Source of the DNA: the human T2T-CHM13v2.0 reference genome, Homo sapiens
NCBI RefSeq assembly: GCF_009914755.1
Contig: NC_060927.1
Length of the DNA stretch: 64,000 nucleotides
Strand: one strand, 5' to 3'
In this document: piece by piece, positions 36,050 through 51,101 of the stretch
How the letters are laid out: every line of letters starts with the position of its first letter
How positions within the stretch are numbered: the stretch's first letter is position 1
Program-made: the position numbers and the translations under genes
The notes under the pieces: model-generated
Databases searched by the model: none
What the model was told of the DNA's origin: nothing
The model's input: only the letters and a program-made list of their open reading frames with translations

Positions 36050-37345
36050 TTCTCTGTGCTAAGTAAGCATATTTTCTTTTTCACAATTAATTGTCAACAT
36101 AACTATGAGATAAGCCCTCATTATCCCCATTCTGCAGATGAGGAAATTGAGGGCCAGATAAGGGAGGTAACTTGATTGACTTCCCATTACATTTAGAATA
36201 GAAGGCCAACTTTTTACCCTGGCTTGTGAAGTCCTACTGGCTCTATCTTCTCTACCCTGTCTTTAGCCTGTACTTTCTTCCTTTCCCCATTAATGCTGCA
36301 GACATTGGGCTGGCTTTCTGTTTCTGGAATTTGCTAAGCTCTTTTCTGCTTTATGGCCTTTGTACTAGCCGTTTACTCTACCTAAAATGCTCTTCCGCCT
36401 GATTTTTTTTTGCATGACTGCCTCTATCTTGACTTTCAGGTCTTCGCTTAAACATCTCATCTTGTTTTTTCTGACCAGCCAAAATTGCATTGTCACTTAA
36501 TCATATCACCAGTTTTAATTTTTTGCATATACTCATCACTATCTGATTTGTCTTGCTTGTTTTATCTGTTTGTTTCCTGTCTGTCTGCCCTCACTAGAAT
36601 ATAGGTATCACGGGAGCAGGGACCTTGTATGTCTTGCTTTGATCTGTATCCCCAGTACCTAGTATAGGGGTGGCATATAGTAGGTATCAATAAATATGTT
36701 CGATAAGAAGGAAGATTTAAGTTTCACATGGAACAGTTCACTTTCTAGAGCCCTGGCTGTTCAGTTTTATATTTTGCATTTTCATCCTGTTATATAAAGT
36801 TTCCAAACTTATACAGTGAGAGTCCTAAGCACACAGTCATTGCCAGGACAACTCTTAAAGAAAAGTTTATGGCAGCAGTTTTCAAACTTCTGGCTCTCAG
36901 GAGCTCTTTTCATGCCTAAAAACAATTCAGGACCCTAAAGAACTGTTGATGTGAGTTACATCTGTCTGTATTTACAATGTTAGAAATTAACACTGAGAAA
37001 ATGAACACTGAAAAAATATTTTTAAAAACCAATTACACATTAACGTATTGACATATTTTTAATGAACAATAAGAATATTTTCCCAAACAAAAATTTTGAG
37101 AAGAGTAGCAATTTTTTTTTTTTTTTTTTGCGAATCACTTTGAGGTCTGGTTTCACAGAACATAGCCGGATTCACAGATCATATATCTGTTTCTGTCTTC
37201 AGTCTGTTGTTACATCATGTGCCTTGCAGCCTCTGGAAAACTTCACTGTACATGTGTGAGAGACTGAGTGAAAATGAAAATAATGCCCCAATGTTATTGT
37301 GAAATAGTTTTGACCTTGAAGTTTCCCTGACCCTTGGGCCACCAG
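36050..37345. mobile_element. MIR, L2 (about 36185-36710, +) and a hAT-Charlie element (about 36875-37345)
   Basis: MIR core cagatgaggaaattgagg; L2 end tggcatatagtaggtatcaataaat; Charlie-type terminus cagttttcaaacttctggctctcagga. Confidence 0.6.
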
Positions 37346-39522
37346 CTCCTAGAGTACATAGGTAATTTGAAATGTGGGGTTGTGGCATGGAACATTAGAG
37401 AGAGGGAGAAATTGAAGGCTTAAGTGACAGGGTGCAATTGACCATCTCTAAGTCTGGGTATTGTATGAGATCTTTCTGTTCAGAAAAAAATGCATGGGGA
37501 TACTTTTCAGTTGTTTTTGTGAAACAAAATTGCTTCCTAAAGTTCCTCCTGAAATGCAAAGAAACGCTGAGAATGTGGAAGCTAGTGGTACTTGTCCTAC
37601 GTTCATCTTTTTCTTATGAGCAAGATTATACCAAGCAGTCCAGAAGTTCTGCAGTGGGATGGGTCATTAAAAAATTATAAAGCATAGGTTCCTCTCTGTG
37701 TCTGAGAATAGCAGCTTCAAGTGTAACTTCCTTTATAACTGTTAGTCTCCAACACTTACTTTGTTCTTTTTGTAGCTTTTGGCCTCAGATGAAGTTGTGT
37801 CCTACAATAGAAATTAGATTGATGCTTATTGCTCTTAGGTTCTGTCATAACTGGTGTTTAAGGAACCAGGATAGAAGCTTTTAATAATAGATGAGCTATA
37901 TTCTGTGCTAGCCAGCTTCACTGTTTAAGGAGGTTAAATGATTACAAATTCAGGCTTCTGGGGAGTGTTTTGCGTGTGTCTTGGGTCAGTGATATATAAG
38001 ATTTTCACTGTTAAGGTAATTGTGTGGTAAAATACAGAGGAGCTTGGTCATCAGGAAATTAATGGTGCACTGTGGGGACGAGGCGAGGGGTTGCAGGCAG
38101 GCAGGGGATCCAAAGTACCTGACTCTCATGCTCAGAAGGGTTTCATTTAAGGTCAGACTGTCAGTGGGACTACCCTGCCACCCGATTACTGAAAGTCAGA
38201 CTGTTCAGCCCCAGTGGCCAGGTGGCTTCATCTTAATTAAACGTAGGAGGCTTGCCTTTGTGTCTTGGTAAAAACTGGCAGGTCTGTGGTTTTGGGGTCC
38301 CTTAACTAGTATAAAGTCAATTTCTCATTTCCTCCCAAGCCTGTCCACCCTTGAAGATTAAGTGATCCCTTAGGTAACTTATTGGTTAATGAAGTGTTCT
38401 ACTTTAGTCTCAGTTTCAGGAGTTGTTAACTTTTAAATTCGGAATTCTGTGTAGGCGAAAATCAAGGTTTTTTTTTTTTTTTTTTTTTAAATGAATGTAA
38501 TGCAATTAGTTAAGTGTGTGCAGGAGAACTAATAGATGGAAAAATTTCAATAAGTGAGTTTTCTGCCACAGTCAAATGAGTGAGTTTTCTATCACACTAA
38601 AAGCTTTTAGAAAAAAAAAAATTCCAAACCTATCTTGAGCTGCTGCTTAAAATTAAATGAACATATTTCTTTTTTAGTGAGGTTGTGCTTTGGCCTGTTT
38701 TAACACCAGAGTGGAAGAGGTTCTAAATACTGAATTACTATCCCTTTGAAGAGGTTTCCACCACCCCCACTGCCAGCAGGGGACCTAGATTGATGTTAGA
38801 AGGCGGGGGAGTTGAGTTGAGGTCTGGCCAGCTTTGGTATTGTGAGTTTGGGTACTGAAAAACAACAGTACTTTGGAGATGCTGTCCAAGTATCAGCCAC
38901 CTCGTGGGCTTACAGAGGATTTAAACATTTCTGGGATCTTTGTTTCTCCAGATGTATTTCCTAGAGTATTGACCAGGTAAGCAACATTCATCAAGTAGAG
39001 GAATCACAGGACAGAGGTGAGTGAAGACTTTGAAGGAACAAAAACGAATGTTTTCATTTCAGACTCATTCAGACATACAGAAAGTGAGCATAAAGGGCCA
39101 AGTATTGTGTTGACCACTTTATGTGGATTATTTGGTTTACTCCTCACAATGACCCTGAGAAATATGAAAGGTTGCCCCCTTTTTTACAGATAAGAGAGCT
39201 GAGGTTCAGAGAAGTTATGGAAGTTGCTTAAGGACACACAGCTGGTAATTTATGAGGCTGGAATTCAGACTCACATATTCTGAGTCTGTTTCCAAGTGTA
39301 CACTCTTGTCAGTACTCCAAGCCATTTTGGACATGTGGAGGGGATGGTCAATGGGGATAAAAGTTAGAGTATCTTTCCAGGGATAAAAGTTAGATATTTT
39401 GTTTCTTGCTTCCAAATTTCTCATAGAAATCTATTGAAAAGGGCCAAGTAGGTTTCTGTTCTTGATCTAACACTGTAAATTTGGCTTTAATTTGTTTTGG
39501 AGAGCAGTCATCTAAAAAACAA

Positions 39523-39820
39523 ACGAGGTGTGGTGGCTCATGCCTGTAATTCCAGCACTTTGAGAGGCTGAAGCAGGAGGATTACTTGAGGCCAGAGTTC
39601 AAGACCAACCTGGGCACCATAGTGAGACCTTGTCTCTACAAAAATAAGAATGAAAAAACTTAGCCAGACATGGTGGTACGCACCGGTAGTTCTAGCTACT
39701 CAGGAGGCTGAGGTGGGAGGATCACTTGAGCCTGGGAGGTCAAGGCTGCAGTGAGCTATGATTGCACCACTACCTTCCAGCCTGGGTGACAGAGTGAGAC
39801 CATAACTCTAAAAAACAAAA
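39523..39820 (+). mobile_element. AluJ
   Basis: gaggtcaaggctgcagtgagctatgat diagnostic. Confidence 0.85.
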
Positions 39821-39879
39821 CCAGTATAAACTCTTCTAGGCAGCAGATACAATAGCACTAAAGTGACATTGAACCCATA

Positions 39880-41200
39880 TTTGACTGCTTGCTCTATCCC
39901 AGGTACTACCAGGTACTAGGATGCAACAGGAAAGAAGACAACTGAGGTTCTTGCCCTCATGAGCTTGCAGTCTAGTGGAGAAGACAAACAAACAAGTGAA
40001 TAAGCAATGTTAGGACAGTGGTAGTGGACCCAGGTTGCTGTATAGAAGAGTATGTTGGAAACGTATAACCCAGATCTGGGAGGTCGGAGAGGGCTTCCCA
40101 GAGGTGGAGACATCAAACTGGGGCTGTGAAGGTGAGTGGGAGTTAGCCACAAGTGGTGGTGGGAGAGGGAGGGAGATGTCTCAGGCTGAGAGACAGCATG
40201 TGCAAAGGCCCAGGGAACAGAGCATGGTGGGGGCCCTGGAAAAAAAATCATTATGGCTGGAGTATGGAGAGCAGGGCTCAAGGTAGGCAGGGCTAGATCA
40301 TGAAGAGCTCCAAAGAGATGTTGGAAGGTTTTAAGCAGGGAAATGATATGGTCTGATTTATGTTTCTAAAATATCATGCTGGATGTTGTATGCCGAATAG
40401 ATTGAGGAGGAAAGACAGATTCAGAGAAACGAGTAGGAAGGCCTTAGGGAGTCCAGTTGAGAAATGATACTGGCTGAGACTCAGGTTAGCAGGGGCAAGG
40501 GAACTAGAAGAATCAAGAGATATAGTAAAGCTTAAAGTCAGCAAAAATTGATGCTGGATTAGACTTTTTCATTCATTTATTCAACAGGTATTTACTGAAT
40601 ACCTACTATGTGCTAGGCATTGGTGTTTGGAATACAGTTGTGTATAAAACACATCACACACAGATCTCTAGAATACAGCATGTGCCTTGTACGGTGTCAG
40701 ACAGGAATTGCACAAGTAAATGTGAACTTGTAACTGAGATGAAGGCTGGGAAGTAGAGATCCATGGTGTAGAGTTTATAAGAGTGGAATTTAACTTCATC
40801 TGAGGGGATGGGGAAGATTTTCTGGTGGAAATGGTAGTTGAATTCAGAGCTGGAGGGTGACTTGGCTATAATTAGAGCAAGGGGTGGGGTAGGGACGAGA
40901 GTGTTGTGGGCTTGAGAAAACAGCACAGGCAAGGGCCCTGTGGCAGGGAACATGAGAGAGGGAGGACTGGAGGAGCCACCAGGCTTTGCTGGTGGTCACT
41001 GAGAAATGGCTATGAAGGAGGAACAGGTTGGGCAGGCAGGTAAATTCTTTTTGGTACATTGAGATGCCGTGAGCCGCTAGGAGCAAAACTCTAGTAGCTG
41101 TGGGACATGAGAGACAGATTTGGGAATCCTCTTCACGTAACAGTGACTAGAGCCAGCAGAGTGGACGAGAAGACCAGGAAAGGTATAGAGAAGGCAGAGA
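39880..41200 (-). mobile_element. L2 fragments
   Basis: ttcattcatttattcaacag...ctactatgtgctaggc; gcatgtgcaaaggccc; ggttttaagcaggg. Confidence 0.65.
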
Positions 41201-42002
41201 GCAATACAGACGCTGAAGAGCAGCTCTGGCTTCTCTTCCCCAAGGAGATCTTTCTGCATTTATTTTTTTCTTTATTTGCACTTTTCTTGGGAATATAATC
41301 AAATCTTCCCTGCCCCCCCTTTTTTTTTACGCACAGCTCAGGGAGCAATTTCAATAGAGGGCAAAGGGAAGCTCAGCCAGAGGGTGGTGTCAGGCTCAAC
41401 AAAGCTGCCACAGCCTCCCTCTGCAAGAGTGTCTCCCAGAGGCAGTGATCTACCTTTCTTTGCCTTGGCCAAAGCCACCCTGGAAGAATCCTGTTTTAAC
41501 AGGTGCTTCCACCCATCAGAATGGTGGTGGGTGGCGGTCTGATAGTACTATTATATATTGGTGGCATGCCTACTTCATGCCAGATGCTTTGCTGAGTGTT
41601 TATAAATACCGTCTTGCTGAACCTTATGTCAGCTTGCTGAGGTAGGTGCTCTTATTCTCCCCATTTTACAGCTGGGAAAAGTGAGGCTTAGGGAAGTTCT
41701 GGAACTTGCCTGAAGTTCTTCAGTGAGTAAGTGGCAGAGCTGGGGTTTGAACCTGGGCACTTTGACTCTGGAGCCTCAGCTCCTGCCTGCCATGGGCTGA
41801 GAGGTGCTTTTGAGGTCATTCTGCGTCAGGAATTGCGGGGAGGATGGTGATGCTTTGTGAAAAGAAGCAAAGCCTTAAGGAGAAATAATCTAGATAGCAT
41901 TCACATATGCAGAGGTCTTAGATGCTTCAGAGGGCAGATGAATAGCAAAAGTTCTGGGAGGCGGCTATCCTTTGTGGGGCTAAGGGAGGGGACAGGAGTA
42001 AT

Positions 42003-42276
42003 TGTTTTATTTTTTCACAGGCAGGGTCTTGCTCTGTTGCCCAGGCTGGAATGCAGTGGTATGATCACAGCTCACTGCAGCCTGGAGCTCCCAGGCTCAA
42101 GTGATCCTGCCAAGTAGCTGGGGTTACAGATGTGTACCACCATGCCCTGATAATGTGTTTTTATTTTTATTTTTTGTAGAAATGGGGTCTGGCTGGTCTC
42201 AAACTCCTTGCTTCAAGCCATCCTCCCACCTTGGCTGTTTAAGATGTGATGACAGGCATGAGCCACCGTGCCTGGT
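42003..42276 (-). mobile_element. AluJ
   Basis: Antisense Alu with TSD aggagtaattgt. Confidence 0.85.
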
Positions 42277-43810
42277 TTAGGAGTAATTGTCTGAACAAGG
42301 CTGTTTGAACAAAGAATAGGCTCTATTGCCCAGTGAGACCATCCATAGGCAGCGCGATGGGGAGATTTCATTATTGGGTGGGAGGTGGAATTACATGCTT
42401 TACAGGGTTCCTTCCAACTTTTATTCCATGATTCTGTGTTTTTTGAAAGGTTAGAATGCTCTGTGGCTGGCAGTTGAGTGTAATTCGCTATTGTTCACCT
42501 TTTTTCATCAGGGGAATTAGGAAGGATAAATTATCTTCCCTGAAGTAAAATCTGTCATCATGGGTCATATAGGAGTTCATTTGTTATGATACACATCTGA
42601 TTTTTTAAACAGGGGATCCTTTACTGAGTTTAAATTTTGATGCCCTGGAATCTTTCAGAATTCCACTTATCTCTCGTGGAAGAAAAATAAAAATAACTAG
42701 CATAGATTAATTCAAGTATGTCAGCCACTGTACCAGGTGCTTTTCAAGCATTATTTCACCCATTGCTCACCACAGCCTCTTGAAGTTAAATTATCCCCAT
42801 TTAACAGAGGAGGAAATGAAAGCAGAGAGGTTGTGGTGGGCTCCTAATAACAAGCTAGATGATAATAATAATAATAAGAGCTTAGGGGCAGAGAGCCAGG
42901 GTGGAGTGCGGGAGCTGAGCGCCTAAGCCTGCCCTAGTGTATGTCAGGCATGGCTTGTCAGCAGAGCCCTCGGTGTCTGTAAGTGTTTGAAGTTCCGCAG
43001 CTCCGTGGCAGGTTGGCGCCAGCTCTGTTTTCTCTGAGGTGGTCCTTGTCATGGTGTGAGTGACATAGGAGCCCTGAGTGCAGCTGCTAGAAGTTCACAG
43101 GCACAAATGGTCCACGATCAGATAAAGAGGCGGGCTCTCCCACCCAGCTCTGAACAACAGGAAGTCTTCCAGAAGATTGCTCCTAGGCCCATCACTTCTG
43201 GGGCGGACTTTCCACCTCCACCCCTCCACACCACAGAGGCCTGTTCTGTTGACTTTCCCGGCCTTTGTTTTTCCTTCCAGGACATCACTGATAATTGCAC
43301 TAAAACCTATCCTCCTCCCCCCATCTCCTTCCTCCACTTCACTAAGGCGAGGCCGGAGGAGATCTCCAGAGGTTTCTAGCCAGACCAGCAAGCTTTCTGC
43401 CCAGTCCTTTGTGAGGGGAATTATCACATGAGACCCCTGGGGAAGGATCTGTCCTCCCCTACTTTTTGGTTGTTTTTAATTGGGACCCCTGGCAGATTGC
43501 CCAGAGGATCATTAGCTGTGGTGGGTGGACTGGCCTGTGATTTCAGGGGGAGATGTAAAATGTAGCTAAAGGTTACTTATTCACTTATCTCGGCCACTTA
43601 ATAAGTATCTTGGTTAGAAGATGCTTAATTTTTTTTCTGACTTATGGAAGTATTACAGAGCCATGGTAGAAAAATTAGAAAACAGAATTGTGCATAAGAA
43701 GAAACTCAGTGCTCCGTAATCATCCGGAGTATAAGAACATTTAACATTTTAACCTGTGTTCCCAGGATCACTGTTGATAAACACCTCCACTGAAGAATCA
43801 GATAGACCTA

Positions 43811-44194
<384 letters not shown>

Positions 44195-46498
44195 TCAGTG
44201 TCTTCAACAACAAAATGGCAATAATGGTAGTTCCTACCTCCTGCTGTGGTCATGAGGATTCACTAAGAGAACATTTGTAAAGCACTCAGCACAATGGTGG
44301 GCATGAGAAATCCTTGATAAATGCCAGCTATTATTATCAGAAAAGAAAATAATGCAGAACCGTGCTGTAGGAATGCAATGTCCAGACATCTATTGCAATG
44401 ATCAGCTGCAAGCAACATGGGGTACATCATGCTTTGTCACTCGAGGACACTGAATTGTCTGCTTCTTCCCATTAAGGGCCTGGAATCTTTCAGTAAGGTA
44501 TCCAGGTGGCGGTGATGGTTCACAAAACAGCAGGCATTTTCTGGCCTAGTCTCCACTAGGGCTGAATGCTTATCTGAAGGGTGATCCTGAAAGGAGAGCC
44601 TTAGTCACACTGGACAAGGCCCTAGTCCTCTTGCGGAGCACATACCTGCTCTTCTGCATTTGGAAATTCCCTGGTGTCCTTTCGGGATGCCAGGGTGTAC
44701 AGACATAAATTTGGTCTGGTTCAAAATTCAAACAAATTGTCTTCTAATAATTGGTCTTAGAAGTATGCTGACTTCCTGACCCTTTAAGATAAAGCTTTAT
44801 AATATAAGCGCAGAAGGGAAATATTAATCCCCCTTGATGTTTTCCATTTGTGCCGCCTTTCTGGATGCTGTTTAAAACATTGGTTTGCCTTTAAATATAA
44901 AATATGTAGTTACGAAGAATTAAACAATGACTGACATGATTCTAGAGTGGTACTTGGCAAACCGTCCTTCTGTACATTATTTGTGTATCTTCCCTCAAGG
45001 TCTAGAGATGCTGGCTCTTTTGTTTGAGAGTTTATTCTGTGTTCTCAGTTGCTGTCTCCCTCTATAAATAAGTTCATGTTTAATGAAATGCTCTTTATCT
45101 CTCCTGCAATGTCTGGGTTGTTGGAGGGGAGGGAAGGGGATGACAAATCAGCTTTTCCCTGCAGCTTCTCATAAGCAGTGAACTGAGGTTCTTTAACATA
45201 AGTTTGCTTTCAGTAACTGACATTCCTGCTAAGGTGGTAGGTTGCTTCCTGAGGTGTCATGCTGATCATTGCTGCATAATTCTTCCTGAAAGAAAACTTG
45301 GCACCCAGGAAGCAATTGAAGGAGACACAATACCGTTCCACACTGTTACAACTCTTGTAACTGTGTGGGGTAAATGGCTTCTGGAAGGGGAAGTCGAGTA
45401 AATTGATGGGGAAAGGGGTGTAAAGGGGTCTGGGTTTGGAGGAGGGGTTTTGGGAAAACCTGGGTTGCCCTGGGCATCTCCACAGCAGATGCCTGAGGAA
45501 ACACTGGGCTATTAGCTGCAGTCCACACCAGCACACAGTCTTCCCACATAACTGAGTTTGTTTTTTAATTGTCAATTTAGCTTTTTACAATTGGTTCCCA
45601 CTCCTCAATATTTATGGCCCTGATGAAAGCTGTTTCTAGGAGTCACATCAATATTTTTGTTGATATTTATGTGTGTGTATGTGTGTTTAATGATTTCTGA
45701 GCTATGTAGAGATTTCCTGAGACTTAAGAGCTTTTTCTAAGACTGCCTCTAACTAGCTGCGTGTTCCTGGGCAGGGAACCTTATTATTCTTACCCAAATA
45801 CTGAAGGATCTGGGCCAGGTACTGTCTAAAGGGTTTTCATCCTCTGGAAGTGTTTCTTGGTGAAGGATGAGAAGGCAAGACATTTAAGTAGCATTTGGGT
45901 GACGTGCGTACAGTTGTGGAATTCTGAAAAGGCCTAAAAGGCTGCTGGAAATTTGTGGTATTTATTGGCAGGTTTCTTTTTATTAATGTCATTTTGTTGC
46001 TTTGGTACCTTAGCCCAGGCACTGTGGCCTTGCCAGAAGCAGGTTTTTATACCAGGTGTTTCCTTCTGACTTAACATTCCCTGAAGCAAATTGAATATGT
46101 TAATGTTTCATAAGTCAGACTTTCCAGGTAACTCCCTAGTCACTGCCACGTTCTTGGCTGAGTTCCCTGCAGGCTTTCTATTCACTGCAGTTTTTATTAT
46201 CAAGGGTCCTCAACTTGTAGAATCTGATTCAGGCATGGTTTTGTTAGAAACAAATGTTACTGTGGTTGGAATATCCTGAAATTAGATAATATACGGGGAA
46301 AAAGTGTTGTTGCATATGTCCTTACTTGGCTCATTGAATCGCCTGCCTGTCAAACTGTTATTTAAATTTGACTTTTAAGTAAGGCGCTTTGGAAAATTGA
46401 GCTAAGCCAACTCTTAGTGACTTTTTTCCCCTTCTGAACATTTCTTTTCTTCTAACAATGCTGCATATTTTACTTTGTCTAGGATTTTCAAGAAAGAC

Positions 46499-46590
46499 AT
46501 GTCTGACAAAATGTCTAGCTTCCTACATATTGGAGACATTTGTTCTCTGTACGCGGAGGGATCGACAAATGGATTTATTAGCACCTTGGG
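46499..46590 (+). CDS. ITPR1: ITPR1 first coding exon (exon 3; whole exon 46483-46590), residues 1-30 plus 2 nt of Gly31
   Basis: Acceptor tttgtctag|GATTTT at 46483, ATG at 46499, donor TTGGG|gtaaga at 46590/46591. Translates to [30 protein letters not shown](G), which I recognise as the IP3R1 N-terminus. Confidence 0.98.
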
Positions 46591-48795
46591 GTAAGAGCAT
46601 GCAATTTCTTGTGTGGCACGGTTTGTTTAAGACATCATAACATCAGCTTAAAACTGTGATTTTTCTAACATAAGAACGTCACCGTTTTACTTGGCTTTCT
46701 AAGTGCGGTTGAAATCACAAACACCAAATCTCATGTTAGCCAAGTTTAACCTCTTATACAAAAACACAATTTTCTGTATATTTCTGAAAGAGCAAAACCT
46801 CATTATTTAGGACACTATTCTGAGTTTATTAAAATTTGCTTTTCCTTTCTATATAAAAGGGAGAGTGCCTTTATTCCACTATGGAATACAGTTTAAATGG
46901 AATAAAGTGTAAAGATGAATATTTACAGAGCCCAAAGAAGTGCTTTTTAGTTTTGTAAAGGCTCTTCTTTTCAGATAGTGACTCCTTTATAATATAAGCA
47001 AAGACCAAACCTCCTGGGCTGCCTATCTCTTTTCTTTGAAGCAGACATTTCCTATTTTACATTGCTGTATGCATTTGAAAATTATAAATTGCATAAAGTT
47101 CTATAAATCAGATTTTTGCTCTTTTGTGCTTTTTTCCCAATCTTTATACAACTTTTAAGGGTATAAATATATTTCATAATGTACTCATTTGATTATCTTC
47201 TCCCGTCTCCTCCTACGCCTATTGTCTAGAAGAGGAAATGAGAGGTGAAATAGTCCCAAAGGCAGACAGAGGCAGAATGGAGAATCAAGATGGTTAACTC
47301 CAAAATAGTTACGAATGGTCTATATTGTCTTTGTGTAGAAAGGAGTAGTGAGGCCCCGGGGCGGCATTGTTGAATTTGGCAAGAGCTGGACTCAAATAAA
47401 TTGGGGGAAGGAAGACCAGCAGCTTCTCCAAGAACCTCATTTTTACAGCAGCCAGACCTTCCTTTCAATTATAGCTATTATTTAAAGCATGCTTGTTTCC
47501 TGGTATTTGTGCAGAATGAGTATTCCTAGGCTCTCATGCAGGTTACTCCACACTCAGGGAGCAAATTATTATAGATACAGAATTATAGCTCAATTAGACT
47601 TGTGCTCCCACTGTAGAGAGATTTTGTTTCAAATGTCATCCAGTGAAAAAGAAGTCATCCATGGCTGCCTGATCACCAGATCCAGTGACTTTCTACATTT
47701 GACCTCTCTCCATTATGGACCTACCCTTAACAATTTATCTTCTGTGGCTTTTGGCAAAGAGGCCTCCTTCTGCCCTGCCTCTGACTCTCCCTCCTTTCTT
47801 CATGGTTGGCTCCTTCCTGTTTTCATCGTCTATGGTTGACTCTTTTACCCTCTTCTTCTTTTCAGTAATGACAGCAACAGTAATAAATGAAAAGCACTAA
47901 ATGAGCCCAGTGGGTATTTGCTGTGTGCTAGGCACTATGCTAAATACTGTGCCTACATCTTCCTTAATCCTCACACAACTGTCTATGGTGAACATTGTCA
48001 TCATTGCTGTTTGTGGAGGCAAAACTTTTGAGCTTCAGAGAGGCAAAGTCACTTGCCCAAGATTTCACAGCTCAGAAAATTCCAGACTCCAAGGCTAGGG
48101 CTGCCAGCAGTTGCTCTCTGCAGGCCAGCTTCTCTCTTTCCAGCTTCCTTGTCTGCCCACAGCTCTCCCTCCTCCTTGACTGTGCACAGCCCCTATCTGG
48201 ATGCCTGGTTAAACCTCAACCCACTCTATTCCCATGTTTCCCCTGGGGGTCTTGATTTCCCAGTCACCCAGGTGCCTCCTGAGCCCCCGGGATCTTAGTA
48301 CCTTCTTTCTCTTCCAGGGCATCTCTTCTTTAAAATCATATGAAGTGCTTTTTAAGTGTTTTCCTCAAACATTGTAAACAAATTAATGATGAGTCCCTCC
48401 TGCCCTTTTAAAGTGAGGAGGGCTTCTTTTTGAACTTTGGGTTGCTAATACTTTCTTGAGATGAATACTTTATTTTCTCAGTTGCTTGCACATATTTGAG
48501 GATAGCAGTGTAAAAATGGGGTTGGAAAGAAAGTTTGACAACCCTTCCTGTTTTTAATATTTATGGGGGACCTGTTGTGGACTACAGTGAGTGAGTGCCA
48601 GTCGTTATGGGACTCACTGTGTAGCACTCCAGCCCCATCCCATTTATATAGATGGTGGTTACCTCCAAATGGCTTCATCTACTGATTGAACTTGAGAACT
48701 CCAATAGGATCTTGGAGGGCAAGTGTGTGTGTGTGCACACTACTCAGTGGCATGCTTCTGAATTGCCTTTTTAGCTTGTTAAAAATAAAGGTTCA

Positions 48796-48935
48796 GCTTG
48801 GTGCGGTAGCTAACGCCTGTAATCCCAGCTACTTGGGAGGCTGAGATGGGAGGATCCTTTGAGACCAGGAGCTCAAGACCAGCTTTTAAGACCAGCCTGG
48901 GCAATATAGCAAGAACCCTGTCTCTTTATAAAAAC
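48796..48935 (+). mobile_element. Alu monomer (FLAM-like)
   Basis: Left-arm consensus only, with a short internal duplication (aagaccagc twice). Confidence 0.75.
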
Positions 48936-49219
48936 AAGACGGGCAGGATTCTTGGGCCTCATCCTACAGCACAGCTTTAGTAAGCTGGGTTGACAGAGTC
49001 CTGGCGTCAGTATATTTGGAAACAATAAGTCTGATGAACATCCCCCTCGTTAAGAATCCCTGAGACCAACTTTCATTTTACAGATGAAAAAACTGAGACC
49101 GGTAGGGGTAAAATGCCACAGTCATGATCATGCCGCTAGTAGGTGGCAGAGTGCCATCTACAATTCATTTGTCATCTGAGCTTGACTGGGGCTCCTCTTA
49201 CCACTTCCTCCCCATTTGA

Positions 49220-49531
<312 letters not shown>

Positions 49532-51030
49532 ATGGCTTGATGATTTATTAACCTAGCCCTACCTTGGATTCTGAGCCCACCCTGTCAAGCATTATGTTAG
49601 CTCTGGGGGCATTACTATACTTACAGGAGCTTAAGGTGGTGGTTTTATATATGTATATTCTGCTCTTGATTTTTACATGAGAACTCAGGCCATTGGCTAC
49701 ACTGTTCTTCTTGTTTATACAGTGAAGTCTTGTGTCATGAAGCTGAAGGAGGCAAACTGCTGGTGGGGTACCATGGACACTTTGATTTACCCACCAAATA
49801 GATACTGAGCTGCCAGCCTTGGGCATCTTCTGGCCTTCATGGAGCTGGTAGCCTGGTGCCCCTTTGGAGTCTCAGTCAGTGAGGTTGGGAGGACAGAGAA
49901 GGAGAGGCAGAGAGTGTCTGGCGCAGGAGAAGCTTGGTCGGGGGGGCTTTGTGGAGAAGGTGGGGCTCTTACCCTGAGTCCTGAAAGACAGGCAGGACTT
50001 GAGGAGGCAAAAGGGAATCTTGGAGAATAGAACAGTAAGGGTCAAGGCTGAATATTTAATGGTACCTTGCATTTGGGATGAGAGGAGGCAGCACAGATGA
50101 ATGGAGGAACCCTGGAAAACCATGGTGTGTTAGCTGGGAACAACTGCAAGTTCTGTGGTCACTTGGAAGATTAGCCAGTTCTATCAGTACCAGTTTTAGG
50201 AGCTTGGACAAGTTGTGTAACTTCTCAGAGTCTCAGTTCCCTCATCTGTTCAAAAATATATTTTTAAGTGGTTCTTCTAAAAGAATTGTGCAAGTTAGAC
50301 TTAGCAGTCAGGACTTTAAATACTGAGTCTTTATGTAATGTGAGCTTATTTATTTGTAATTTTTTGTACTTTCCCCACTAGTTGCTTTTGATGCTCCACA
50401 GTCCTTTCATATCTTCATGAGTTTGTGCTCATGGTTCTTTCCACCTGGAAACGCTCCCCTCTAGCCTCCAACATCTATTTCGAATCTTCCAGTAGTTCCA
50501 TTAGAACTTCCTCTGTCTGCAGCTTCTCAGATGACCTCAGGCACAGTTCGCTTCTGGCTGTATTTTTTTTTCTTCCTTCTCTTACAGCCCTTAGATTATA
50601 TTCTCCTTATCAGTTTGTTCTTAAGGCTCCTGCACTAGCCTTGAGCTCCCAAAGAGCAAGGGCCTGGCTCATATTCACCTGGCACAAAGTCAGCTCCTCA
50701 GCTACCCTTAGTTGAATGCAACAGCCCCTTGCTGTGTCTCGCGACTTCAGCCACCTTGCATGCTATACTCAGATCTACCATGGACATGGTTATGGGAAAG
50801 GAGCCACAGAAAACAGTAGCCTTAATGTGTCCTTCACAGAACAGAACCCTGGGCTTTTGGATTAGGTTTAGATCCATGCATAGGAAGCCTCTAGTGTAAA
50901 GAGTTCCTGGCAGGAGAATATGGCAATCTAAATGTTGCGCAGGAAAAGCCCTGGGATATCTGATTTTTGCATAGTGCTAAGAGTTTCATGTTCATACACT
51001 TGACAGAGCATTTATCTGTCTTCTTTACAG

Positions 51031-51101
51031 CCTGGTTGATGATCGTTGTGTTGTACAGCCAGAAACCGGGGACCTTAACAATCCACCTAAGAAATTCAGA
51101 G
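51031..51101 (+). CDS. ITPR1: ITPR1 second coding exon (exon 4, 71 nt), residues 31-54 of the suppressor domain; the CDS continues beyond the window
   Basis: Acceptor ttctttacag|C and donor AGAG|gtaagg. The phase matches the previous exon (GG|C = Gly31). Translates to (G)[23 protein letters not shown] plus 1 nt of the next codon. Confidence 0.98.
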
